Shown here: positions 25,269-40,989 of the stretch, one piece after another | Numbering within the stretch: position 1 is the first letter of the stretch | Layout of the letters: each line of letters begins with the position of its first letter | Assembly: GCA_900088475.1 (NCBI GenBank) | Contig: FLMG01001487.1 | Span: 1 to 64,000, forward strand | DNA: 64,000 bases | Origin: Hyphochytrium catenoides | Lineage: Eukaryota; Protista; Hyphochytriomycota | Direction of reading: 5' to 3' | Position numbers and translations under genes: made by a program | The notes under the pieces: model-generated | Databases searched by the model: none | Seen by the model: the letters and a program-made list of their open reading frames with translations, nothing else | Told to the model about the DNA's origin: nothing

Positions 25269-27735
25269 CTACAACTCTTCCTTCTCATTGCTATCCGCCT
25301 CCGACTTGTCTAGATCAGTTGCATCCTCATCCCCATCCTTCTTATCCTCATCCTCGTCCTCCTTCTCCTCCTCAGGAGGCACCTCAATTTCAGGCTCCAA
25401 GTCTAGAGAGTCCAGCTGGAGCTGACTCTTCAGCAGCCGATACATGCGGTGAGAGAACTCCTCTGTGTCATCTAGTGTAAAGCCCGAGTTAGCCAAGGCG
25501 GTGTCGTGAAGGAGCCAAGCTAGGTCCGTCGTGGCCTCACTCTCAGGATCTGATACCACCAGATCCTTCAGTTTGGATACAATTGGATGGCGAGGATTGA
25601 TCTCCATAATCTTCTTAGACGCCATCATCTTGGCCCTGCTGGGGTCGGCAAAGGCCTGGGCACGCATAATCCGCTCCATATTTGCAGTGTAGCCGTACTG
25701 GGAGGTCACCAGAACTGCAGGGGAGTTCTGGATACGCTGGGAAATGACAACGCGCTCTACCTTGTCCTTGAAGAGCTTCTTCAGGAACTCAGTTAGAGGC
25801 TTGAAGTTCTGCTTGTAGAGAGTTTCCCTCTTCTCTGTCACTTTCTCATCTTCATCCCCAAACTTTAGCCCTTCCTTAGTAACTGCCTGCAGGCGTTTCC
25901 CGTCGTACTCTGCGAGGTGCTGGGCAGCGTACTCATCCACTGGGTCCACGAGGTAAAGGACCTCGAGGTCCTTGGCCTTGAGTCTTTCCAGGAAAGGAGA
26001 GTCCTTGACTGCATCGACACTCTCTCCAGAGATGAAGTAAATCTCCTTCTGCCAGTCCTTCATGCGCTCAACGTAGGTGTCAAGGCTGATATACTTGCCC
26101 TCGGACTTGTTGGTCATGAAGCGCAGCAGCTTGGCCAATTTCTGTCGGTTGGCGCTATCTTCAATGACTCCCATCTTAATATTCTTACCAAAGGCCTTCC
26201 AGAACTTTGAATAGTCATCCTCCTCGTCATCCTTGTCCTTTTCATCCTCCTCCTCTTCCTCAGAGTCCTCCTTCTTGCCTTTCTCTGCTAGCTTCCTCAG
26301 AAGCTCTAACGCCTTGCGCACAAGCTTTTTCCCCATGACCTTCAGGACCTTGTGCTGCTGCAATGTTTCTCGCGACACGTTCAGTGGGAGGTCATCCGAG
26401 TCTACTACACCCCGGAGGAAGTTCAGATAGCGCGGCAGGAGATCCTCGAACTCATCAGTGATCAGGACCTTCCGCACATAAAGCCGGACGGCTGCATGGC
26501 TCTGATAGTACTTGTCATAGAAGTCGTACGATGGAGTCTTGGGAATATAAAGGATTGACTTGAACTCAATCTCTCCCTCAGCCTTGAAATGGATCCAGGT
26601 GAGTGGGTCGTTATAGTCCTTAGATATTGCCTTGTAAAACTTGTGATATTCCTCATCTGTGATGTCCTCCTTCGGGCGGGTCCAGATGGCCTGGTTCTCA
26701 TTCACGCGCTCCCAATCCCAAACCGTCTTCGTTTCTGTCTTCTTTTCTTCGGCCTTCTTTTTATCCTTCTTGTCTTCGTCGTCCGAAGTCTCCAGCTCAT
26801 CGTCCGTCTCCTCTTCATCGTCGGTTTCCTCTTCGTCGTCATCGGCGTCGCTCTCGTCGCTGTCAACCTCAACCGTCTCCGTCTTGCTGGTGTGCAGGTA
26901 GATGGGGAACGTAATGAACTCGCTGTAGTGAGAGACAAGTTGCTTCAGCCTTTCCTGATCCAAGAACTCGCTGGCGTCTTCCTTGAGAAACAGGGTGATC
27001 TCTGTACCTCGGCCCAGTGTGTTTCCACGAGGGTCCTTGGCAACGCTGAAGGACTCTCCTGCCGTGGACTCCCAAATGTGCTGGTCATCCTCAGGGTGCT
27101 TAGATACCACGCGGACACGGTCAGCTACGAGGTAGACTGAGTAGAAGCCGACACCGAACTGGCCAATCAGGCTAAGGTCTCCGCTTTTCTCGCTCAGAGC
27201 TTCGACGAAGTTAGTTGTCCCTGACTTGGCCACAGTTCCCAGGTTGGCAACCAGATCTGCCTTGGTCATACCAACCCCTGTGTCACGGATGGTTAGGGTC
27301 CTTGCTTCTTTGTCAGCGGAGATGCGAATCTCTAGATCTTTCTTGTCTCCAAGTAGCTTGTCGTCCGACAAGCTCAAGAAGCGGATCTTGTCCAGCGCAT
27401 CGGAAGCATTGGAAATGAGCTCTCTGAGGAAAATCTCCTTGGCTTTGTAGAGAGAGTTAATGATGATGTCCATTAGACGGTGGACCTCTGCCTGAAACTC
27501 ATACTTCTCCTCGGTGCTCTTTAACTTCTGCATCTCCTGATCTGAAAACCCTTGGCTTGACATTGCGTCGGACTCATCTTTCGCCGTGGTATAAACTAGA
27601 ACAAAGAATCGAAACAGCAAGGGTCAGTTAAAGAGGTGTTTTGACTCGCCGCAGCCGCCAATGTTTATTACCTGTTTGTGCGAAAAGACATCCGACAACT
27701 ATGCTCAGGAAGAGGAGCTTCCGTGCGTGCCTCAT
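25269..27735 (-). CDS. HSP90B1: Endoplasmin / GRP94, ER-luminal Hsp90
   Basis: Signal-peptide exon 27735-27672 ([21 protein letters not shown]), one intron, then [43 protein letters not shown] and [14 protein letters not shown]; C-terminal KEEL. Confidence 0.96.
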
Positions 27736-29760
27736 TTTGACTGGACCCACGCGTGCGTCTCTTATGTCACTAGAAGCCCTCTCAGTGTAAACCCCTCCTC
27801 GTGAGAGATGCAGAGAGGACGGCGGATACTATCCAGCCAAAGCTGTGGGTGCTCTATGTCAGCCACTCAGGGCAGGTTGGTCGCGATAGATAATCCGATT
27901 CAGAGGAAAATCGGCAATTGAAGCTTCTCTTTGATGATGAAGGTCGCGCTCTCTGGAGCTCTGGCCCCAGTCCCTGCGCGCTCTCCCAGCCGCAGCTCCA
28001 AGGCCCAAGCTCGCGATTAGGAACCAACTTCCAAAAAGATCTTTGGAGGCATGGCCTCGTTGTATTACCACGGATCTTCCACAAGGGGTATAGACAGGCA
28101 TAGGGTTCGGACCAGGAGTGACTATTACTAGACTTTGAAGGATTTTCTGTGGAGCTTCAACTGACCGGTGGCCGTCGGATAAAAGCCACTAGTCGGTAGC
28201 TCAGCAGTGACACATCATGCCCTTTCCTTATAGCCAGAGCAATAATTTAATTGTTCCATTGTTAGTTCCATTGAATCTTTGAATGGAAGAAATAGCCATA
28301 CATTATAGCCTGTCACCCCTGGATTATTCAATTCGGTTTAAACGTAACTTTCAGCCGCAACACGTGGCTGCATATGAGGAGATGAACGTGGGCATTCCTC
28401 TTCTACTTCCAAAGCCTAGAGACAGACCTAGGGGGAGAGAGCTCACGCCAACCGCCGCGCCGGCCCAGATGTCGAAGCTTCGGTTCCTGTTCTGGTTCAG
28501 TTTCTAGAAGGTGCAGTACGGTCGTTCCAGCCGAGGGAACTAGAAGGAGAAGTTCCTCACTCCTCTTGACCTTTGGCTCTTGCACTCACTGTTTAGGCGG
28601 CCGGTTTGGTCTGATAATAAGAGATGGGGGGGATGAGGAAGTAGATGGAAGATGTTCATCCACTTGTGTCCCCCTTGAGCTCTTTCAGTGATATTTCTTT
28701 TTGTTACCGATTGTGGGTAAAGTTTGTTGAGATAGTGGCAAGTGACTAGTTCTAATGAATGTCTCCTCCTATTCATCTCTCTCTGTATTGAGCTCTGCCC
28801 TCAGTGGGTGAGACTTTACTGCGCGACTAGTTTTAGCAAAACCGCGAGGCTGGACTTTCTCACGACAGGGCTACGCCGCAGAAGGACAAAAGAGTTGCAT
28901 TTAGAACCCGTTAACCAGGAAGGCACGCAAAAGGCCAGCCGACGTCACCAGCAAGTAACAGTACGATGGCCCATCCACTAGGTGATGAGCAATAGGTGGC
29001 ATGGCCGGGCTTAGAGGTTTCGCCTTGGCCTTAGCAATTCAGCAAATCCTTTGATGCGACAGTAATAATGATTCAGAGGGCCGATTGGTACCGTTGAGGA
29101 GGAGGCAAGGCCTAATTAGTAAGTAAAATATCTCAGTCGACTTTCAACAAAGAAAAGAGTGATGGAAGGACTAGAGTCATATTTTTCCGCAGACCTTCAT
29201 AACAGACTCAGCCTAAAGAGCTGTCATTAGGAGTATAAAAAAGGATGAGTGCCACCACTGGTAAATCGCACATCGCTTGGTCAGCTAGATCTATAGACTA
29301 CGCATAACAAGGGCAAGAGAAGTTCTAGGATTCTTGTGAAGGTGTGCTATCGTTTGACAATCACTTGACAAAGTAGCTCCTTTCTCCCACCATATAGAAC
29401 ATTATGACCATATCGCGTCAGAGCGGTCGGGGCCTGGCCGCGGTAATTCGCAATGAAAAGCACACTGCTTTGGCCTCGTGAAAGTCACCTCGAGAAGGAT
29501 CTTATCGCATGGTGTAGTTCCGTTACTCCGTCTTGCGCGTCAAGAGGCAGCCGAACCTCGACGAACGATAATACAGGTTAAAAGGGATTATCTTCTTGTT
29601 CGAACTTCTAATCCTAGACGTCGCTTTGGGGTTCTTAGGACCTAGGAAACAACCAAGAAGCCTTTCTCCTCATCGAAAGAAAGCTTTACAGAATCTTACA
29701 GATCCCCTATTGCGCTATATTTGTGGACAGCACTTATAATATGGGCCGATAACGTAGCCT

Positions 29761-33908
<4,148 letters not shown>

Positions 33909-34462
33909 CGCTCTTGTACAAAACTATCTATCTAGATGGCACTCCAATGCCAAATCCTTGAACCTTCACTTATAGGACTGTGGCAGAGCGCGCTCTTCTC
34001 CTTCTATTGCTTTATGGTCAAAGGCAGCAAGATCATGATATCAGTACGCCGTAGCTGCTTCTACGGCTGTTCTGCAGCTCAATAATCTCTCATACAGTGT
34101 GGCGGCGGCCGTCGTGAGGCCACAGCGGTCTGGTGGCAGCATTTTGACGGTTCGCATCAACCTCACTTCTTAGGTCAAGGCTATTCTAAATACAGGTGGT
34201 TTTGCCAGCTTAAGTGCTGCTGATGCCATTTGGCTATTCCTGATCCCTCTTCCTATCTATTCGCAATAACCATTGGTAACGGCCCTTATCGCCGCTAACG
34301 GACAGAACATAGTTTTTCTCAATAGAAGCGCTACGCATCAGATCACCAGAATCTCTTCAGCCCGCACATTAGATCTATCGATCTCCTACTCTGAGGCAGA
34401 GCAGCCCGCTCCGTCCCTCGTGGGAGATCGGCAAATCTCCATGAGGCCATCACCAAACAGCG

Positions 34463-34519
34463 TCCTCCCAAGGATAGATAGCCTTTTGACCTTCCTCCCA
34501 AGGATAGATAGCCTTTTGA
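34463..34519. repeat. Tandem duplication, 27-bp identical core with 30-bp period
   Basis: TCCTCCCAAGGATAGATAGCCTTTTGA at 34463-34489 and 34493-34519. Confidence 0.95.
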
Positions 34520-34612
34520 GCTTGATCAACCTTTTGATGATAGAAAGCAATATAGTCATGTGAGCTTCGGCTACCCACTGAACCGGCCTTGAGCCCTCAC
34601 CCGTCCAGTAGG

Positions 34613-37504
34613 ATGGCCCTCTCCAGCCCCTTACTGCACGACAATGTCAGTGACCTATCTGTTTCAGTTCTTGGTGAAGTCAGCGGAGAGAAAGATGAGC
34701 TGGAAGGGGGTGGGCTTCTGGAGGAATTCAACGCCGTGCCGTTAGTCGTCCAGGATGCAGCGGAATTACAGAGGACGTCGGGTCTACCTGGCGGACTCCC
34801 TACCGCCTACGCAGCGGAGCTGGAAGTGCTGAAGATGACAATCGAAGCGTGGTCACCCACAGGAATCTCTTCCCGGGATAGGGAGCACGTATGGCTAGCT
34901 TTTTTAGGTTCTGAGATCAGTAAGCTACAGCATAAAGCCCTGACTTACGGCCAGCTGCTGGAGAAGGCAGCACACTCGTTGTCTGGAGTGGAGGAGGAAA
35001 TAGAGAAAGATATCTCAAGGTTGGGGTCAATCAATACTCAGTCAATGTCTGCACTCCCTGACAACTAGTTGTCTTTTTCTCTTCTATTCGTGATCTGATA
35101 GGAATGCGTTTATCATTACCAGCGGCTTGCACGGTCCAACTCGGCGCGTGCTAACGGCGTACTCTAAGCGAAATGAGAAAGTTGGATACTGCCAAGGCAT
35201 GGACATTGTAGCAGCAATTCTATTGAGTAGCTTAAAGGAGGAGGATGCTTTCTGGTAAGAGCTTCAAGGTTAAACGCTTTAGTTATAGAAAGAGCTTGGT
35301 TGCTCGTGCCTAAGACTCGATTCGTGTTCACATTCACCGCACTCCTTAGGGTCCTCAGCCTGATGGTGGAGTTACTGTTTGCAGATTATCACACGCAAAG
35401 CATGATCGGAATGCAAGTAGATCAGCGTGTACTCCTTTGGTTGCTGGAACAAAGGTGAAACCATATAACGGCCACCAACCGTCCTTGTTCTGCCTGACTG
35501 TTACGACGCTAGGGCACCACAGCTATCTCGTCACTTGAAGGTGGTGGGACTACACATCTCGCACTTCACTACCAAGTGGTTCATCAGCGTCTTCGCAGGG
35601 TCTTTCTCTTATGAGCTGACATTGCGAGTTTGGGATGCGATGTTTTCCCTGGTGTATGATAAGTCTTTGGGAGTGCGGCTTATCCTTGGGTTGGCAATAA
35701 CCATTTTGCTGGCAAACGAGGAAGAGATTATTCTCGCGCATGTAAGCAACGGACCCCGCCCATAGAGATGCCACAATCTGACCTTTGGCTGCAGGATGCA
35801 GAAGAGGTTAGAAGCGTCATTGACCGATTCGTTGCTAGTGCGGACGTTGGTAACGCCGAAACGTGTCGGTTCATGCAGTGGGCCTTTAGTCTGACCGACG
35901 GCATTTCTGCCCACGAAGTAAGTCCTCCTTACTCGTGGAAAGACCGATAGAACTTACACGAGAGAGATAAGAAATGGACGGAGTGGGAAGGCCAATCCTG
36001 AATGCAGATAGACTGAAGCCATTCTGCACACAGATACAAGAGCTGAGACTTCAGTTCTACAAGATAGTTAGCGAAGACTGTAACAGAGTTCGGAAGGCCC
36101 GAACTACCGGGAAGGAAGGACTGGGAACTACCCGTTTTGCTGCCTCTTGGATTCCTCTCTTCGGTTCCAACCCTCAGTGGGAGGTTCTCTTCCAGTATCA
36201 CGACGAGGTGGAGATCAGGTTCAGCGCGGGAGAGTTGGGTGAGGTTCCTCATTGTTAGTACGTCTAAAATAACTTCTTCCCAGTGCTAATGGATCAATTT
36301 TGCTAGGGTTACTTCTGGAACCGGTCCTTGGAGATAGCGTCTTGTATACGCGAGTGAGAGGTTTTAGAAAGCAAAAAGATGGCCGTCAGGGGCCTGCCAA
36401 GAGGTAAGCTTTCGTCAGCACTCACAATCCTCATCACCTAGTACAGTTCTAAGTTTGAGGCTACAGTTGCAAGCTTATCAAGAAGGGTGATGTTCTAGTG
36501 TCTATAAATGGCAGGTCCACGTTGGGTCTAGATCTCTCTGAGGTAAGCCTTCCCACTTTTAGCCCTCCTTGGTCCATACTGAAGTGATTTCCAAAGGTTC
36601 AGAGCCTGATCGCGGCTTGTAGGGATCATCCGGTCATCCTGTGCTTTAGAAAAGTCGACTCGGACAAACATAGCATATCAAGCAGCTCGTTGCTGGATAC
36701 GGCGGCAACAAGCCAGACTGCCATGGATGAGGAAACGGTGCAAGAGCTAACCAAGCAGCAGTTAGTACGCCTGGGGCCCAGAAATCAGGTCGCTATCCCA
36801 CGTCTACAGCTGGGGGTGGACGAGGCTACTATGAGAGGTAGTCTGGCAGCAGGTGATGGGATCTGGCCTGATTGTCAGCAAATGAGGTCAGCTTTGATGA
36901 GAATTCTAATGCTGTCTGCTCCATTCGTGATGCAACCCCGATTGCAGACTCTAACGCTAATCTAGCACGGGGCCCGAGTAGAAATCCACAAGTCGCAGTC
37001 CATAAGGCCGAACCGTCCCTAACAAACTTGGCATTGGCAAGAACAGAAGCACGGCTTGAGCCGACTGCGCTGATTGTCAGCGATGAGTCGCTTAGCTTAG
37101 GGGCTGAAGAAGAATCTACATTTCACCGGACACCAAGCAGACGACATTCTTGGAATTTGGGTGGAGGCATCGAACTTGAAGTCGAATCTACATTACCCGA
37201 GCAGGATAGGTTTACAGGGCTAGATGCTGGGCATCCTGTTGCTGAGGAGGTCTTCGTTCATGACGAATCAACCTTATCATGCCCGGTAGGCTTCAGAAAA
37301 CACCCTTCGGAACAAAATCCAGGTGAGGCAGGCGTTACACGGGAACCGGAAGGTAGCACCTTTCCCTCAGAGCGTCGGGTCCTGGTGTTTGAAGACGAGA
37401 GCCAATTGTTATCTTCCGTTTGCTTCAGGGAGGTTGAAAGTGTGGACAGAAACCAGGGAAATCAAGGCAGCAAAGGAGCAATCTTTAGCTTCTTATGGAA
37501 GTAG
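34613..37504 (+). CDS. TBC-domain Rab GTPase-activating protein with a PDZ-like domain
   Basis: IEKDISR (R finger), GYCQGM (Q finger), EEDAFW, KWFISVF and LRVWDAMF. Then FSAGELGLLLE...VRGFRK...GPA...[12 protein letters not shown] (PDZ-like) and a disordered tail. Multi-exon. Confidence 0.85.
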
Positions 37505-38036
37505 CATCTTCTCGCCGCGCGGACACTTAGCAATGTCCTGAAGTTTGGCTCCTTTTAGAAGTCACCAGCTACAATATGGAGCTCGTCCGGAGCTATTGTT
37601 ATCTCACCTCATTCATTTTGCTATTGATGTTTCTTCCTTGTTTGGGATTGTGCCTCTCTACCAGGCAACGGGATTAAACGGCAATAATTATCGGGAAACA
37701 CTGACCAAACCATCTATGGGAATAAATTATCTCTCTTGCTACTCTCAATATCATGCAAGAGTTATCTAGGCCCAGAACAACCTTAAGGTCTCAATATTTT
37801 ATAAAACATCAGCCGTTGAGCCACAGTCCTTCTCCGCCAGTCGTAGCTACATATCCACCAAGAGTTTTTCTCAATCCCCTGTTATACGCTCCTTTGATGC
37901 ATGCACCAAAGCAAGCACGAGGGGGAGGATCGACGCATCTACGTACCCTCTTCTCAGGCAGACAGGGTTACCGGGTCACCCCAAACGAACGCCAGCAATT
38001 TAATGCCGCCGACCTCGGACGAACGCCGTCCCCGCC

Positions 38037-39546
38037 TCACATTCTAATGTCGCCGACGTCGGACGATCGCCGTCCTCCACGCTGGTCGATGTCCCCCACC
38101 TCACTTGCGCTTCTACTACCACTGTTGCTCATTGAGAAGAATGCTGTTTCCTGACTGCCTACATTCAGTGCGACAACGCCTTCTGGAACATTCGCCTGCC
38201 TCTCTGGTATGGTGACACCCGGATATTGTTGCGAGGCATGGAGGTAAGGAATAAACCCATATCTGCCCTGGACCTCGTTTCCCCTATTACTATCTCTTGG
38301 AGACATCTCAAAGACGATGACTTCTCCCGTAGAGGAGGATGAGACGGGGCTTTTCGTGCTATACTCCCTTCGCCCCTCTCTGCGTCTTTTTACCACCCGC
38401 CACCCGCCATAGACGGCGACGATGGCAAACACTAGCAACAAAACAGCCGCTATAATAGCGGTACTTGCTATGCCAGACTTCGTATCCTCCGGTCGGGACG
38501 CTTCATCCGGAGACGCATCAGAAGGGAAAGAGGGAATGGAGGTTAATGTGCCAGGTTCCGATGGGCCTGCAGTAGGTGCTGGCGTATTCTTGGCGATGAA
38601 AGACTTTGTACAGTTACTGAGTGCCTCAGTCCAGGTCGCGCTCTCGGAGTCCGGCATATAACCCACTCTCGGGTACAACGTAGGATCTGAGTAACTAGAA
38701 TTCTCCAGCCTTGCTAATAAGTAAGCGCTCCGGCTATTGGCGGCACAAGAACAAGCCGTGACCAGCTCTGCTTCAGTCAAGTTGGACGGTAGGTGAAAGG
38801 GATTAGTGGTTCCATCTCGACAGGATGATTCTAGGATGGGTTCTTCCGCGCGAATCTGGCTTGAGAAAATGAAAGATTTCGGCATAGTCTTGCCAAGATT
38901 ATCTATCTTCTCTCGCCACCGTCCCAAACTGCTTTGTCGTGCCTGGCAAAAGGCGCTTTTGTCACTTGCAAGCCAACTGTCTGGAACCCACGCTTTGTAA
39001 CAGACACCTGTAAAATGGGAAGGAAAGGATTAACATAGCTATCCAAGCGTTGCCAACACATTATTCCTTTTGCATACCGTAGTCATCCAAGTGCCAGGTA
39101 CTGCATTGGTTTAGCCCAACCCACCATTCCATACCACCTAGGTTTTGCAACCCCTCAATGCTCTCAAAGGTAATAGGAGTATTAGGAAAGGCCTTTCGGA
39201 TCTTGAGTGCCAAGCAATTGCAGAAGGGATCGACAGCCAAGCGCTTCTGAAGACGATTGAGGTCATAGTCTTGGGTGACAAAGGACTCGCAGCTTGAGAT
39301 AAAGCTTGTGACATCGCTGACGGCCCATCCGTTGCCTGGTAGTATGGAGGGATTAGCGTCCTCTATGTTGGTAACATTCCCTTCCATACTTTGACAGTTG
39401 CCTTATGGAAACGTGAGGGTCGTCTACCAGCTCATGGTTCTAGTAGATCAGGGCTCACACAAAGATGGAACTCCAACCCACCAAACCACAATAATTTTAG
39501 TTGAATTACAGAGCTGATGAGACTGCAGACGAAGCTTTGCTTCCAT
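38037..39546 (-). CDS. Hypothetical type I membrane protein with Cys-rich ectodomain, 3 exons
   Basis: Exons about 39546-39459, 39401-39077 and 39007-38037 join in frame. Weak signal peptide, Pro/Ser/Thr stalk, TM helix IASTAIIAAVLLLVFAIVAVYGGW followed by RVVKRRR, and a cytosolic tail. Confidence 0.7.
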
Positions 39547-40989
39547 TCGTACGCCCTAGCTTTGATTGGAGTTTCTGGAGTTTACTTTCCAAAGATGAAG
39601 ATCTCCACCCCTCCATGAGTGCGTGGGTCAGCAAGCAGACTGCTGCAGCGGAGCGCACCAGTAATCTAGACAGGTAGATAGGTGATCGATGACGGCTCAG
39701 ATCCTTGGAAGGTGTTTGCCTTCCTCTAGAGACCGAGCGGCAGTCGTAAGTTGGCCGCCATCTTGAAGAGCCAGTCCCGAAGGCGATGGCTGCTGATGGC
39801 TCCTCAACAGGTGAGATGAGATGCCTCCTCTCTCAGTCATGCCGCCTCACCCAAAGATGGTGTGATGATGGCGGTTTGGTCGGGTCCGTCTCCGTCTCGC
39901 CTCACAGAGATCCAAGCCTTCATCCTCAAGTTCTATCTCTCTTGTTATCTTTTTATTCATTAGTCATTACTGTGAGCGACGCGCTGTTTCTCTTTATGAT
40001 TCCTAATAAAAGGGGATCCTAGAATTTCTATAAGAAGACTAGCCGTTCTTTGAGACCCACTGACTCATTATCTCATTATAACATCGCAAACTGTAGTAGG
40101 AAATAGAACCGAGACAGAAGGGGCAACCTCTGTGCATCAGCCTTCCTACTCGGCGATTGTACAAAGAGAACAAGCAATCAACCACTTGGGTCGCTCTATA
40201 AGTTTCTTTCCAACAGCTTCATCAATGTTTCTGTAATCCAATTGTACGATGAATGATGTGTGTGAGCTTTCTTCGGGAAAACAATACCTTTGAATCTTTC
40301 ATTAGATGGAATTTGGTCGTCAGAGAAAATTTAGAACCAGAAGCCGTTATGGAGGACTCAGTTCCCTCTTCCTATTGGGCTAGACTGCACGCCTTGACCT
40401 CCGCTTCTCGCTGATTGGGCGAGGCGTAATTTGGGCTCTCCTTGTCCTTTCCTACAGTACAAGTACAAGTAGGAATTATTTATAATAATACTGTCGTTTT
40501 ATGAAGTGGTCAAAATACAGTTATCCTCTAATATTTTCTACGATTGATTCTACTTTGATTTGGTGGGAGTCTGATTACCCTTTTCCTCTGCATAATCCAT
40601 ATCCAACATGCTGATTGAGCTTCAGAACTCTACAGTACTGCATCTCATCAAAGGCCTTGGACGGGCAACAAGGCTCTCTTTTCTAAAAGCTCTTCAATCG
40701 CTATCGTTTGTCAGTCCTGAACAGCTTCCCCTTCTGCTCTTGGCCCTGTCTATGGTGACTATGGACTCTTCACCGAATGTACAGGCAATAAAGAAGGGAA
40801 GGAATCATTAGCTAAAGGCGGGTCTGGGCTATGAGCAACACTTCGCAAATGCACTGGCCACAAAGAAAGGTAGAGATCGTGGAAGAGGGTGCCCTGCTTG
40901 GTGCTGGTAGGCTCCTAGCTTTCCAGAAGGCTCTGTTAGTCAAGGCTGGATAAGCGACATTTGGCGTCAAGTGAACTCTACTTACAGCT

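Noticed and set aside
25587-27450. Plus-strand ORFs opposite GRP94
   Set aside because: Antisense shadows of a strongly codon-biased chaperone gene.
27740-27752. ERSE-II-like ACTGGACCCACG next to GRP94
   Set aside because: Imperfect match lying about 10 nt from the ATG, i.e. within the 5' UTR; not supportable as a promoter element.
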